From IMG/VR virus record IMGVR_UViG_3300013104_000038, positions 1-42,516 of that record: 42,516 nt of DNA; one strand, 5' to 3'. Positions 25,968 to 34,111 of this stretch are shown one piece after another. Under the pieces are notes generated by a model. The model saw nothing but the letters and a program-made list of their open reading frames with translations. It was not told the origin of the DNA and made no database searches. Every line of letters begins with the position of its first letter. Position 1 is the first letter of the stretch. The stretch is from a virus. Position numbers and translations under genes: made by a program.

Positions 25968-26987
25968 TCAGAATGGAATCTCATTGTCATAATCGAAGTC
26001 AGGTAACGGCGCTCCCTCAGCGGGGGCGGCCTCCGCTCGGCCGAGTAGTGCGCGTAATTCTTGCAGCTTCCCCGTCACGTTCTCTTCGTCCAGCGAATCG
26101 ACGTAACACCCCTTCCCCGCAAGCCACCCGACGAGACGCTGCACCTCGGAGGCTTTCTTGACCGCGCCGCCGGTCAGCGCCGCCAGTTCGGCGTTGTAGC
26201 GTTCGAGCGCCTGCTCCAGCACGACGATGCAATTCTCGACGCCCGCGCGGTCCACCGGAATGCCGCGGCGATTGATCGCCAGGTCGAGCAGCCAGTAGGC
26301 GCGGCGGTCGGCGGGCATGTCGGGCGTCGCGGCGCTCACTTCGTCCTCGGCCAGCACGTCGCGGGCGTTGTACGAGTAGAGCCGCGGGCCATCGACCGGA
26401 TCTTCCTCGGGGCGGATGCGCTTGCGCGGATCTTTCTTGGTCGGCTTGCGCGGCACGCTGAACTTGTCGAGCAGGCGCTTGCCCTCGGCATCCTTTTGGT
26501 GCTCGATGCCCAGCACGTCGCCGACGTCGGCCAGGGCAGGCGGCAGCGACCACGCGCGGGCCTTACCCATCGAACAATAGAGCTGCGCCGGGTCGATGCG
26601 CGGGAAGCCGTGCTTTGGCACCGCGACGTGCTCCCAGATCCACAACTCGAACTTGGCGCCATGTGCCTCGATCTCGCCGCCGTTGCCGATGTGATTGCAG
26701 AAGTCCGCCGGCAACGGTTGGCCCGGTAGCCAGAGCCGAGGGCCGGCGCCATCTTTCAGGTCGTAGACCATCGAGAGGATTTCCGTCGTCGGGTGCTGCG
26801 CGTAGACCGCCGCCCCGACCGCGGGCAACCCGCCGCGGCCCTTCGCGGCGGTCGCCGTCTTGAGCCACTTGCCGTCGGCTTCCGACCACTCGAAACCCGC
26901 CTCGCTGTACGTCTCCAAGTCGAAACTCGGGCGCACCGTCGAGTAGCCGAGCCCGACGCGAAGTTTGGTGCCGGCGAGATGGGTCAT
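25968..26987 (-). CDS. DNA polymerase family A, 3'-5' exonuclease (N-terminal) fragment with an SSB-like acidic C-terminal tip.
   Basis: ExoI is FDLETYSE, ExoII-like is HGAKFELWIW, and ExoIII is YNARDVLAED (Yx3D). The protein ends ...PLPDFDYDNEIPF. Confidence 0.85.
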   Translation of the reverse strand: MTHLAGTKLRVGLGYSTVRPSFDLETYSEAGFEWSEADGKWLKTATAAKGRGGLPAVGAAVYAQHPTTEILSMVYDLKDGAGPRLWLPGQPLPADFCNHIGNGGEIEAHGAKFELWIWEHVAVPKHGFPRIDPAQLYCSMGKARAWSLPPALADVGDVLGIEHQKDAEGKRLLDKFSVPRKPTKKDPRKRIRPEEDPVDGPRLYSYNARDVLAEDEVSAATPDMPADRRAYWLLDLAINRRGIPVDRAGVENCIVVLEQALERYNAELAALTGGAVKKASEVQRLVGWLAGKGCYVDSLDEENVTGKLQELRALLGRAEAAPAEGAPLPDFDYDNEIPF

Positions 26988-27190
26988 GCTCCAACCTCGG
27001 CAGCATCGCGAACCGAAGCGTCGATTTCAGCCCCCATCGCCTTCGCGAGCCGACAGATATGCAATGCGGCTTCGGTACGAAAAATAACGCGAATGTCGGC
27101 GGACGCCTCGCATCCGACACGCTCGCCGGAATTAAGCGCTTCAAAAAGCGCATTCTGCAATCGAGCCTCCCAGCTACGCGTCAGAGCCAT
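26984..27190 (-). CDS. Hypothetical protein (68 aa).
   Basis: ATGA overlap with the exonuclease gene start. Confidence 0.5.
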   Translation of the reverse strand: MALTRSWEARLQNALFEALNSGERVGCEASADIRVIFRTEAALHICRLAKAMGAEIDASVRDAAEVGA

Positions 27191-27401
27191 ACGGAAGCAA
27201 TCCTTCGTAAAGTGAGCGCATCGCCAGGCGGTCGATCAGCGTCGGTTCCTTGGCGATGCGGCGGTAGAACGTCCCGTTCGGTAGCCCCAGTTCGCGGCGG
27301 GCGTCGGCATGCGTGTAGGCGCTCTCAGCCATCCAGCGCGCCCACTCGGGATGCACTGGCCGCTCGATGCGCACCTTCGGGACGATGAGTTCGATGGTCA
27401 A
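27174..27401 (-). CDS. Small HTH-like protein. Start uncertain (TTG at 27401 or an internal ATG).
   Basis: RRELGLPNGTFYRRIAKE resembles a helix-turn-helix. Confidence 0.5.
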   Translation of the reverse strand: MTIELIVPKVRIERPVHPEWARWMAESAYTHADARRELGLPNGTFYRRIAKEPTLIDRLAMRSLYEGLLPYGSDA

Positions 27402-27577
27402 AACGGGCAGTCGTCAGGGTGGAGCGCGGCCAGCCGATCTTCAACGCGTTTTTGCATGCGCCGCGCAACCTCACGGGCGTGCGGGTGCGCATCTTCGGCT
27501 TGGGCGAGACTAGCTTCATCGCGCCAGAGTTTCAGTTCGACCAGTTCTTTCAATACCGCTTGCGGCAATTGCGCCAT
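27398..27577 (-). CDS. Hypothetical protein (59 aa), below the ORF-track cutoff.
   Basis: The ATG at 27577 lies 1 nt after the upstream stop. Translation: MAQLPQAVLKELVELKLWRDEASLAQAEDAHPHAREVARRMQKRVEDRLAALHPDDCPF. Confidence 0.5.
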   Translation of the reverse strand: MAQLPQAVLKELVELKLWRDEASLAQAEDAHPHAREVARRMQKRVEDRLAALHPDDCPF

Positions 27578-27578
27578 C

Positions 27579-27947
27579 TCAATTCTCCAAGTCCGTGCGG
27601 TACACGAATACCTTCAGGCCCATGCGTTCTGCGGTGGCGATCATGTGGCGCGTGCCGGGGCTCTTTCCGTCCCACACGGCAATGAGCGCATCGGCATAGA
27701 CGGCCATTTGCAAGTTGCGCTGCCGGCCGGCAGCTTTCCCATAGCGCTTCCAGTCGGCGGGGAACTGGCGGACGGGGCGCCCGCGGCATCGCGCCCATTC
27801 TTCGCCGAGCTGATCCGGGCCGTCGGCGCAACCACTGACCACTTCGGTGATGCTGCCGCCCCAATGAGACCCGGTAATTGCACGAACGACAGTTCCGAAT
27901 CGCTTCTCGGCGCGGCTACCGGCGATGATGGTTTTCATTCGCGCCAT
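27579..27947 (-). CDS. DUF2493-like (SLOG superfamily) protein.
   Basis: IIAGSR...VVSGCADGPDQLGEEWA...FPADWKRYGKAAGRQRN...WDGKSPGTRHMI matches my recollection of DUF2493. Confidence 0.6.
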   Translation of the reverse strand: MARMKTIIAGSRAEKRFGTVVRAITGSHWGGSITEVVSGCADGPDQLGEEWARCRGRPVRQFPADWKRYGKAAGRQRNLQMAVYADALIAVWDGKSPGTRHMIATAERMGLKVFVYRTDLEN

Positions 27948-28135
27948 TTGCCCGTGACGGAATTGAAGTTTTGCAGCTCGCGTTTGAGCTGGCGTAGCGC
28001 GCGGGGGCCGACTTCCGCCATCCGTAGTCGTCCGGCGGCGAGTTCAGCAGCGTACCGCGTCGCTTGGTCGGCACGACGGATCGTAGCCTGCGCTTCATCC
28101 CATGCTTCTTGAATCTGAAACCAATTCAGGCTCAT
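27935..28135 (-). CDS. Hypothetical protein (66 aa).
   Basis: GGAG lies 9 nt upstream of the ATG. Confidence 0.6.
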   Translation of the reverse strand: MSLNWFQIQEAWDEAQATIRRADQATRYAAELAAGRLRMAEVGPRALRQLKRELQNFNSVTGKWRE

Positions 28136-28152
28136 GGCGTGTTGCTCCGTCT

Positions 28153-28185
28153 GAAAGAAGCACCCGGCTCATCGCGAGCCGGGTG
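28153..28185 (-). terminator. Rho-independent terminator/attenuator after the SSB-like gene.
   Basis: On the minus strand: CACCCGGCTC-gcgat-GAGCCGGGTG (10-bp stem) followed by CTTCTTTC. Confidence 0.6.
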
Positions 28186-28201
28186 AAGTGCCGCCGCCCA
28201 A

Positions 28202-29074
28202 TTACGCCTGCATCATCCCGTGCTGGACGAGCAGTTCGTCGGTCCACTGGCCGGTCGCCATGAACGCCTCGTAGGTCGCACCCTGCGCGGCCGGCAGCAT
28301 CACGCGTTGCTTGGCGACGGGCGGTGTCGGAATGGCCGGCGGCCCGGCGAGGATCGCGGTGTGCGGCACGGTCGGCACCGGAGTGGCGGGCGCTGCGGGA
28401 GCCGCCGGGGGCGTCGGTGCGGCTCCGGGTACGGCGGGGGCATTGAGCGCCGGCGCCGGCGTGGTGGTCGCGCCCGGCGGCAGCGCGGCCTGGCCGAAGC
28501 CGACGCTCGTCGGATCGGGGCCGACGTAGATTTCCGGGCCGAAGCCGCTGTGCGCGACGAATTGATGATTGATGTAGATGCCTGGCTGCTGCGCGCTACC
28601 GTTGCCGTCCACGTTGCACAGCACCTCGACGTAATGGCCGAGCTTGATCGTTGCTGGGTCGACCGGGGCGCTGCCGTTGGCGGTCAGCGTCTTGGGCGCG
28701 AAGCCGCTGCCGAGACGAACGATGAAGTTGCCCGGGAAGCCCTCGCGATCGCAGGGCTTGTTGCCCTTCGTGTTCGGCACGGTCGAGTCGCCATCCTCGA
28801 TCTTCCAGGCGAACTTCGGCGACTGGCATTGGTTCGGGAAGGCGGCCTGGCCGACGGCGAGGATCTTCGCGCCCCACGGCGTATCCCACCAGTTCGCAGC
28901 GCCATTCTTCGGCACGGCGACGGCGAAAAAGTAATTCGTCCGCGGCTGGCCGGTCTGCGGGCCGCTCTTGATGAGTAGCGGGTTGCCATCCGCGTCGGTG
29001 GTCTGCGGTTCGGTCAGCGAGCCCATGACGAGGCGGCCGACGGGGAGGAGTACGTCTGTCTTGTGATTGCTCAT
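28202..29074 (-). CDS. ssDNA-binding protein candidate (DUF2815-like) with a Pro/Ala-rich linker and an extra C-terminal domain.
   Basis: Synteny fits: next to a DUF2800-like nuclease and PolA. The N-terminal 190 aa or so are family-like (from recollection). A PA-rich stretch of about 60 aa follows. No acidic C-terminal tail. Confidence 0.6.
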   Translation of the reverse strand: MSNHKTDVLLPVGRLVMGSLTEPQTTDADGNPLLIKSGPQTGQPRTNYFFAVAVPKNGAANWWDTPWGAKILAVGQAAFPNQCQSPKFAWKIEDGDSTVPNTKGNKPCDREGFPGNFIVRLGSGFAPKTLTANGSAPVDPATIKLGHYVEVLCNVDGNGSAQQPGIYINHQFVAHSGFGPEIYVGPDPTSVGFGQAALPPGATTTPAPALNAPAVPGAAPTPPAAPAAPATPVPTVPHTAILAGPPAIPTPPVAKQRVMLPAAQGATYEAFMATGQWTDELLVQHGMMQA

Positions 29075-30189
29075 TGTCCGAATACCTTTTTAGTGGCGGT
29101 GAAGTCCATCGGCACGAGTTTGATCGCGCCTTTTGGACGGTCAGTGTATTGGCTAATGACGGACTCGTCAATACCAAGTTTGCGAGCGGCGGCGATGCCG
29201 ATCGGTTGCGGCGGGGCGCGCAGATCCTTGCCGAACAGATCGCCCAACGTGAACAACTCGGACACGTCGCCGATCCAACGTTCCCGCGGCTTCGTCGAGT
29301 CAAGCGCAAAGCCCGGAACGTGTTGGCCTTTCAGCAGCGCCTTGATGAGTTGTTCCTCCAAGCCGGTCGCCATTGCGGTGAGTTGGCCCTGCGCACGTTG
29401 GACGAGCGCGAGATAACGCGCGGCTTCCGACAGGCTCAGATCGAAGGGAACGGAAGTCCCCGCCACTGCGCAAGCGTCCATTCCCGCTGCCTGCGCAGCG
29501 TCGCATCGAGTACGCGCTCGACAATCTCGGCAATTATCCGGCGTTGCAGTCGTTGCAGCCCCCGGTGCGAGAGCGGCAGCGGCAGCACCTTGAAGTCGAT
29601 TGATGAGAGGTCGAAGATCGGACCCCTTGCACTCCCAGGCTCGAATGGGCCCGCTGCGATGGAAACTGCGGGGCTGAATGATATGGAAGCGCACTCGGAC
29701 GAGCTGGTCCCCGAGCCCGTCGAGAAGTGCGAGACGGTCGGCGGCGTAGCAGATGAGTTGCTCATTCTCGAAGACCTCCACGTAGCGATGGCCATACTTA
29801 TAATCAAAGACGTCGAGGATATTGCCCTCGAAGTGATCGGCGTCCGGCGTGCCCCAGCAAGCCTCATGGATCGCCCCGCCAAGCGTGCGTTGCTCGACGT
29901 GCTCGGGAGCCTTGCCGAGCACGCCGCGAATATAGCCGACGTACAACTCCGCGCCGTCCCGCATCTCGACGTCGATGACGACGCCATTGGGCGCCACTTC
30001 GCCAACGTCCGGTAGCCAACCGGCGACGAGAAGCATCTGGCAGACCCAATGCGCCGCGTGCCCCTGGCGGACGTCCTCGCTCTCTTCGTCCTCGGGGATG
30101 GCGGCCTCTACCGCCACGCTGCCGGCGCACGGCGCCGGGCCACCCCAGCGATGCGCGGCGCTCGGCTGTAACACCGCGTGGTCAGCCAT
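29071..30189 (-). CDS. PD-(D/E)XK nuclease with a Cas4-like Fe-S cysteine motif (DUF2800-like).
   Basis: LQPSAAHRWGGPAPCAGS at the N-terminus plus C-terminal CRDCRARTRC (Cx2Cx5C). I chose the internal ATG at 30189, which overlaps the upstream stop. Confidence 0.7.
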   Translation of the reverse strand: MADHAVLQPSAAHRWGGPAPCAGSVAVEAAIPEDEESEDVRQGHAAHWVCQMLLVAGWLPDVGEVAPNGVVIDVEMRDGAELYVGYIRGVLGKAPEHVEQRTLGGAIHEACWGTPDADHFEGNILDVFDYKYGHRYVEVFENEQLICYAADRLALLDGLGDQLVRVRFHIIQPRSFHRSGPIRAWECKGSDLRPLINRLQGAAAAALAPGAATTATPDNCRDCRARTRCDAAQAAGMDACAVAGTSVPFDLSLSEAARYLALVQRAQGQLTAMATGLEEQLIKALLKGQHVPGFALDSTKPRERWIGDVSELFTLGDLFGKDLRAPPQPIGIAAARKLGIDESVISQYTDRPKGAIKLVPMDFTATKKVFGQ

Positions 30190-30889
30190 CGACGTGCTCC
30201 AGGGATTCGATGGGCACCCACCGGTTCTCGATGAACGCCAAGATCGGCGACTCACCATCGGCCGCGGCGTCCTCGGTGAGAGCGAACTCCCGGCCGATTA
30301 AGGCGTCCATCTCGTCCATCCAGCCGCCCCAAAGTGCGCGACGGACGACGCGAACCTTATCGCCGGCTTTGAACGCGCGCGGCTCGCTCTCAGGTTCGCA
30401 CGCGCGCTCGGCCATCTCGCGGGCAACCTCAGCCTGCATTTCCAGCGATGCGCGACGCTCCGCACGGATCAGCCGATCCAGCTCGCAGAGCGCCAGCGCG
30501 ATGCCCTTGGTCAGCTCTTTCTTGCGGTCATCGGGGCTGGGCTTCCACCCGCGCCGGTCCCAATTTTCGGGCCAGTAGGCGCCGGCGTCTCGAATGAGGT
30601 AGCAGGCTGCCGCATCCGCCAACTCGCCGTCGATGTAGAGATCGTCCCGCTCCTCGCTGAAGCCCTTGACGTTGCGGATGCGGCCGACCTCAGCGGTGGC
30701 CAGGTCGATCGCGGTCAGCTCCGGCATCGGCTCGCCCGGTTCGATGAGCTTGGCGCCCATCGCCGCGTCGAGCGCAGCGCGGCCTTTCAAGCCGAGCATG
30801 AGAGCGCCTTGGACGCGCTCGGCCGCGGCTTCGTCTTGCGTTTCCATGGCTTGCAGCAAAAAGTCCAGCCTCTCGGTATCGGTGCGCAT
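30182..30889 (-). CDS. Hypothetical protein (235 aa).
   Basis: GGGAG lies upstream of the ATG at 30889, which sits 1 nt after the preceding stop. Confidence 0.6.
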   Translation of the reverse strand: MRTDTERLDFLLQAMETQDEAAAERVQGALMLGLKGRAALDAAMGAKLIEPGEPMPELTAIDLATAEVGRIRNVKGFSEERDDLYIDGELADAAACYLIRDAGAYWPENWDRRGWKPSPDDRKKELTKGIALALCELDRLIRAERRASLEMQAEVAREMAERACEPESEPRAFKAGDKVRVVRRALWGGWMDEMDALIGREFALTEDAAADGESPILAFIENRWVPIESLEHVDG

Positions 30890-30890
30890 C

Positions 30891-31733
30891 TCAGGCTCCC
30901 AGCGTGTCGAGGATTTTCTGCCACATGTCGGGGCGCGCGTTGACCGTGTGCAGGCCATCCGGGAAACCCAGTTCGGCCAGTTTCACCGAGAGCACATTGC
31001 CGCTCAGGGTGCCTGCCGTCACGGCCTTACCGATACGCGACGCGACGACGCCGAAGGTTAGCGCCGGGGGGCCGGGCGGCAGCGGCGGGGCCGACGGTGC
31101 GGGAACAGGCGCTCCATTGGCCGGAGCTTCCGCCCGCGTCACAGGGACGTTCGGTGCGGGAACCTGACCGCGCAGTTGCGCTTCGACCTCGGCGACCAGT
31201 TCCGGGGCGACGTTGCGCTTCATCCGCCAGCTGCCGTCGGCGATCTTGGCGCGATTGCCCGAATGAATGCGCTCGTCCCACGGCAGGCCGTTCTTATCCG
31301 TTTCGACCGAGCCGGGCGGGGGCGGCGGCGCCACGGAAGAAACAAGCGGAGCCGCGGGGGCAGTCATAGATGGTGCGGCAGCCGCAGGGGCCAAAGGGAG
31401 GTCGGTCGGCTCCGCACCCGGCGGCAACGGCTGGGCGCCAGCAGGCAGCGGCTGCTTGCCGAACTGCGGGTTCTCGGCTTCGAGCTTGGCGAGCGTTTCG
31501 GCTTCGACCAGCTCGACTTCCAGTTTCTCGCCGACGCTTTCGAGGACGTCAAGGCGGCCGACCGCGCGCTTGAACTTCTCCAGTTCGAGGATCGCGTTGT
31601 CGGAGTTGACGCGCAGCTCCAAGTTTACTTCTCCGACCTTGGAGGGCTTGCCGGCGTAGGCGCTCAGGGCGGCAACGCAGCGGTTGATCTGCTCGGGCGT
31701 TTCGTTGCCGTGCAGTGTGATCTCGAATTGCAT
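30891..31733 (-). CDS. Hypothetical protein with Pro/Ala-rich linkers and a GLPWDERIH motif.
   Basis: AAGGAGA lies 6 nt upstream of the ATG. First gene of the leftward replication operon. Confidence 0.7.
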   Translation of the reverse strand: MQFEITLHGNETPEQINRCVAALSAYAGKPSKVGEVNLELRVNSDNAILELEKFKRAVGRLDVLESVGEKLEVELVEAETLAKLEAENPQFGKQPLPAGAQPLPPGAEPTDLPLAPAAAAPSMTAPAAPLVSSVAPPPPPGSVETDKNGLPWDERIHSGNRAKIADGSWRMKRNVAPELVAEVEAQLRGQVPAPNVPVTRAEAPANGAPVPAPSAPPLPPGPPALTFGVVASRIGKAVTAGTLSGNVLSVKLAELGFPDGLHTVNARPDMWQKILDTLGA

Positions 31734-31760
31734 CTGACTCTCCTTGCGTGGGCTTGGGTG

Positions 31761-31789
31761 TTGACGGATGCTGACGGTACTCGCATACT
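31761..31789 (+). promoter_or_regulatory. Sigma70-like promoter for the rightward helicase operon.
   Basis: TTGACG (31761-31766), 17-nt spacer, CATACT (31784-31789). Confidence 0.55.
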
Positions 31790-31803
31790 ATCGGCACTGT
31801 CAA
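31774..31803 (-). promoter_or_regulatory. Candidate leftward promoter, interdigitated with the rightward one.
   Basis: Minus strand: CCTATTGACA (-35 at 31803-31798), 18-nt spacer, TACCGT (31779-31774). The -10 is weak. Confidence 0.35.
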
Positions 31804-31814
31804 TAGGGTTATTT

Positions 31815-33554
31815 ATGCCAACGCTCCGACCGTACCAGCAGCAACTCGAAGACGATGTTGACGCCGCTTGGTCTCGCGGCGCGCGAGTCGTGATGGCTAT
31901 CGCTCCGACAGGGGCAGGCAAGACCATAACTTTCACCAATATCCTCGCTCGCGAACGCGGCGCCTCCGCCGCCATCGCGCATCGACGGGAGCTGGTCACA
32001 CAGATGAGCTTGGCACTCGCGCGCAACGGCGTGAGGCACCGCGTCATCGGGCCGAAGTCGGTAGCGCGGGATGCAGCAAGTATCCACCTCGACGAGTTGG
32101 GCCGCAGCTATATCGACCCCAACGCCCGCTGTGGCGTGGTCGGCATTGACTCACTCCCCGGTCTCAACGAACGAGACCCTTGGCTCGGTCAGGTGCAGAC
32201 GTGGGTCGGCGACGAGGGGCATCATTTCCTGCGCGAGAACAAATGGGGCCGCGGTATCGCCATGTTCCCCAATGCCCGGGGGTTGCTGGTCACGGCGACG
32301 GGCTTCCGGTCGGACGGCTGCGGGCTCGGCCGAGGCGTGTTATTGCCGTCGGGCAAGTGGAGCAACGATGGCTTGGCGGACGCGCTGGTCGAAGGGCCGA
32401 CGATGCGCCAGCTGATCGAGATGGGCTATCTGACGGATTACCGTGTCGTCGCGCCGCCAAGTGATGTGGACTACTCCGACGTACCCGTGACGGCGATGGG
32501 CGACCTCTCGCCCGCGAAGCTGCGCGCGGCGGTGCATCGCTCGACGCGGATCGTCGGGGATGTGGTGAAGCATTACCTGAAGTTCGCGGCCGGCAAGCGC
32601 GGGGTGACCTTCGCCGTCGACGTGGAAGCCGCGACCGAGATTGCCAAGGCGTATAACGCGGCGGGGGTACCGGCGGAAGTCGTCAGCGCCAAGACGCCGG
32701 ATTTATTGCGCCAGCGCATCCTCTCGCGCTTCCGGCGCGGCGAATTGCTGCAGCTGGTCAATGTCGATCTGTTCGGCGAAGGCTTCGATTTGCCAGCGAT
32801 CGAGGTCGTGTCGATGGTGCGCAAGACGGAGAGCAAAGGTCTGTTCGACCAGCAGTTCGGCCGGGCGCTGCGGCTCATGGTAGCCGACGAGCATATGGCA
32901 CGTTGGGATACCTACGACGATGCGCAGCGACGGGCGGTTATCGCGGCATCGGGTAAGCCCAAGGCGCTCATCATCGACCACGTTGGTAACGTCGAGCGGC
33001 ATCGGCCGCCGGACGCGATCCGCTTCCATACGCTCGACCGACGCGAGCGCCGCGCCAAGCCGAAGCCCGGCGACGAGATCCCGCTGCTGACCTGCTTGAA
33101 CCCCGAGTGCCTGGCGCCCTATGAACGCTGCCAGCCCGCATGCCCCTACTGCGGCGCGAGGCCGCTGCCAAGCAACCGCACGGCCCCCGAGTATGTGGAC
33201 GGCGACCTGGCCGAGTTGGACCCGGCGGCGCTGGCTGCGCTGCGCGGTGAGGTCGCGCGGATCGACGGCGCAGCACGCGTGCCGGTCGGATTGGAGGGGC
33301 CGGCGGCGCAGGCGGTCAAGAATCGCCATGTCGAGCGGCAGCATGCGCAGAATGAGATGCGGGCGGCGTTGGCGCTCTGGGCCGGGCGGCGGCGCGACAC
33401 GGGCCAAGGCGACTCGGAGATCATGCGGCGCTTCTACCATACCTTCGGCTGCGACGTGCTGAGCGCGCAAGCGTTGGGCCGCGCCGAGGCCGAATTGCTC
33501 CATGCGCGAATTGTGGAACGAAACGCTATTGACGGCACCGTCAGCGCGGAGTAA
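31815..33554 (+). CDS. SF2 DEAD/DEAH-box helicase with a C-terminal zinc ribbon.
   Basis: Motif I is APTGAGKT and motif II is VGDEGHHF. Also CLNPECLAPYERCQPACPYCG. The true start is the ATG at 31815; the longer track ORF overlaps the divergent gene. Confidence 0.88.
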   Translation: MPTLRPYQQQLEDDVDAAWSRGARVVMAIAPTGAGKTITFTNILARERGASAAIAHRRELVTQMSLALARNGVRHRVIGPKSVARDAASIHLDELGRSYIDPNARCGVVGIDSLPGLNERDPWLGQVQTWVGDEGHHFLRENKWGRGIAMFPNARGLLVTATGFRSDGCGLGRGVLLPSGKWSNDGLADALVEGPTMRQLIEMGYLTDYRVVAPPSDVDYSDVPVTAMGDLSPAKLRAAVHRSTRIVGDVVKHYLKFAAGKRGVTFAVDVEAATEIAKAYNAAGVPAEVVSAKTPDLLRQRILSRFRRGELLQLVNVDLFGEGFDLPAIEVVSMVRKTESKGLFDQQFGRALRLMVADEHMARWDTYDDAQRRAVIAASGKPKALIIDHVGNVERHRPPDAIRFHTLDRRERRAKPKPGDEIPLLTCLNPECLAPYERCQPACPYCGARPLPSNRTAPEYVDGDLAELDPAALAALRGEVARIDGAARVPVGLEGPAAQAVKNRHVERQHAQNEMRAALALWAGRRRDTGQGDSEIMRRFYHTFGCDVLSAQALGRAEAELLHARIVERNAIDGTVSAE

Positions 33555-33557
33555 AGT
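33529..33557 (+). promoter_or_regulatory. Sigma70-like promoter of the CTATTGACGG family.
   Basis: TTGACG (33529-33534), 17-nt spacer, TAAAGT (33552-33557). The -10 contains the helicase stop codon. The -35 lies in the palindrome TGACGGcaCCGTCA. Confidence 0.55.
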
Positions 33558-33581
33558 CGGCGGTAATTACCGGAGATGACG

Positions 33582-33893
33582 ATGGGCAATCCCCTTAAGC
33601 AAGCCTTCGAGCGCGGCGAGATTATCGAGTTCCGGTTGCGGGGCGGCGAGGGCGACTGGTTGCTTTGCCCGAACGTATGGGACGAGTCGGTCTATGAGTA
33701 CCGCGAGTATCATCCGTTGACGCTGCCGCCGCTGGTGCTGTCGAGCGCGCAGCAGGCCGCCGTCGACTTGGCGAACAAGCTGATCGCGCAGAAGCTCGCA
33801 GCGGACCAAGCGGCCGCTGCGATGCTTCGTTTCAGCAAAGCGTACAAGCCGCTGCCTTGGTGGCGGCGGGTGCTGCGGGGGATGTGGAAATGA
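33582..33893 (+). CDS. Hypothetical protein.
   Basis: GGAG lies 6 nt upstream of the ATG at 33582. The track ORF begins at 33576. Confidence 0.6.
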   Translation: MGNPLKQAFERGEIIEFRLRGGEGDWLLCPNVWDESVYEYREYHPLTLPPLVLSSAQQAAVDLANKLIAQKLAADQAAAAMLRFSKAYKPLPWWRRVLRGMWK

Positions 33894-34111
33894 ACGACAC
33901 TCAGATTATTGATTGGCTCGAAAACATGCACAATTTGCATACCAAAGTTGAGGCCCTTTACGTAGTGGACGGCTACGTGGTCTCACTGACTTGGGACGGC
34001 GAGCCTTTGCATGAGTTCAAAGGAGAGACGCTGCGCGAAGCTTATTCGACGGCGATAGCGGCTTTCCCTCGGTATGAAGGCCGACGCTTTGTCCCCGCTT
34101 CCGAAGCATGA
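33890..34111 (+). CDS. Hypothetical protein (73 aa).
   Basis: ATGA coupling at both ends. Confidence 0.6.
   Translation: MNDTQIIDWLENMHNLHTKVEALYVVDGYVVSLTWDGEPLHEFKGETLREAYSTAIAAFPRYEGRRFVPASEA

Noticed and set aside
31176-31814. N-terminal 213-aa extension of the helicase ORF in the track.
   Set aside because: The extension runs antisense through gene 30891..31733 and across the divergent promoter region. The helicase motifs begin right after the ATG at 31815.
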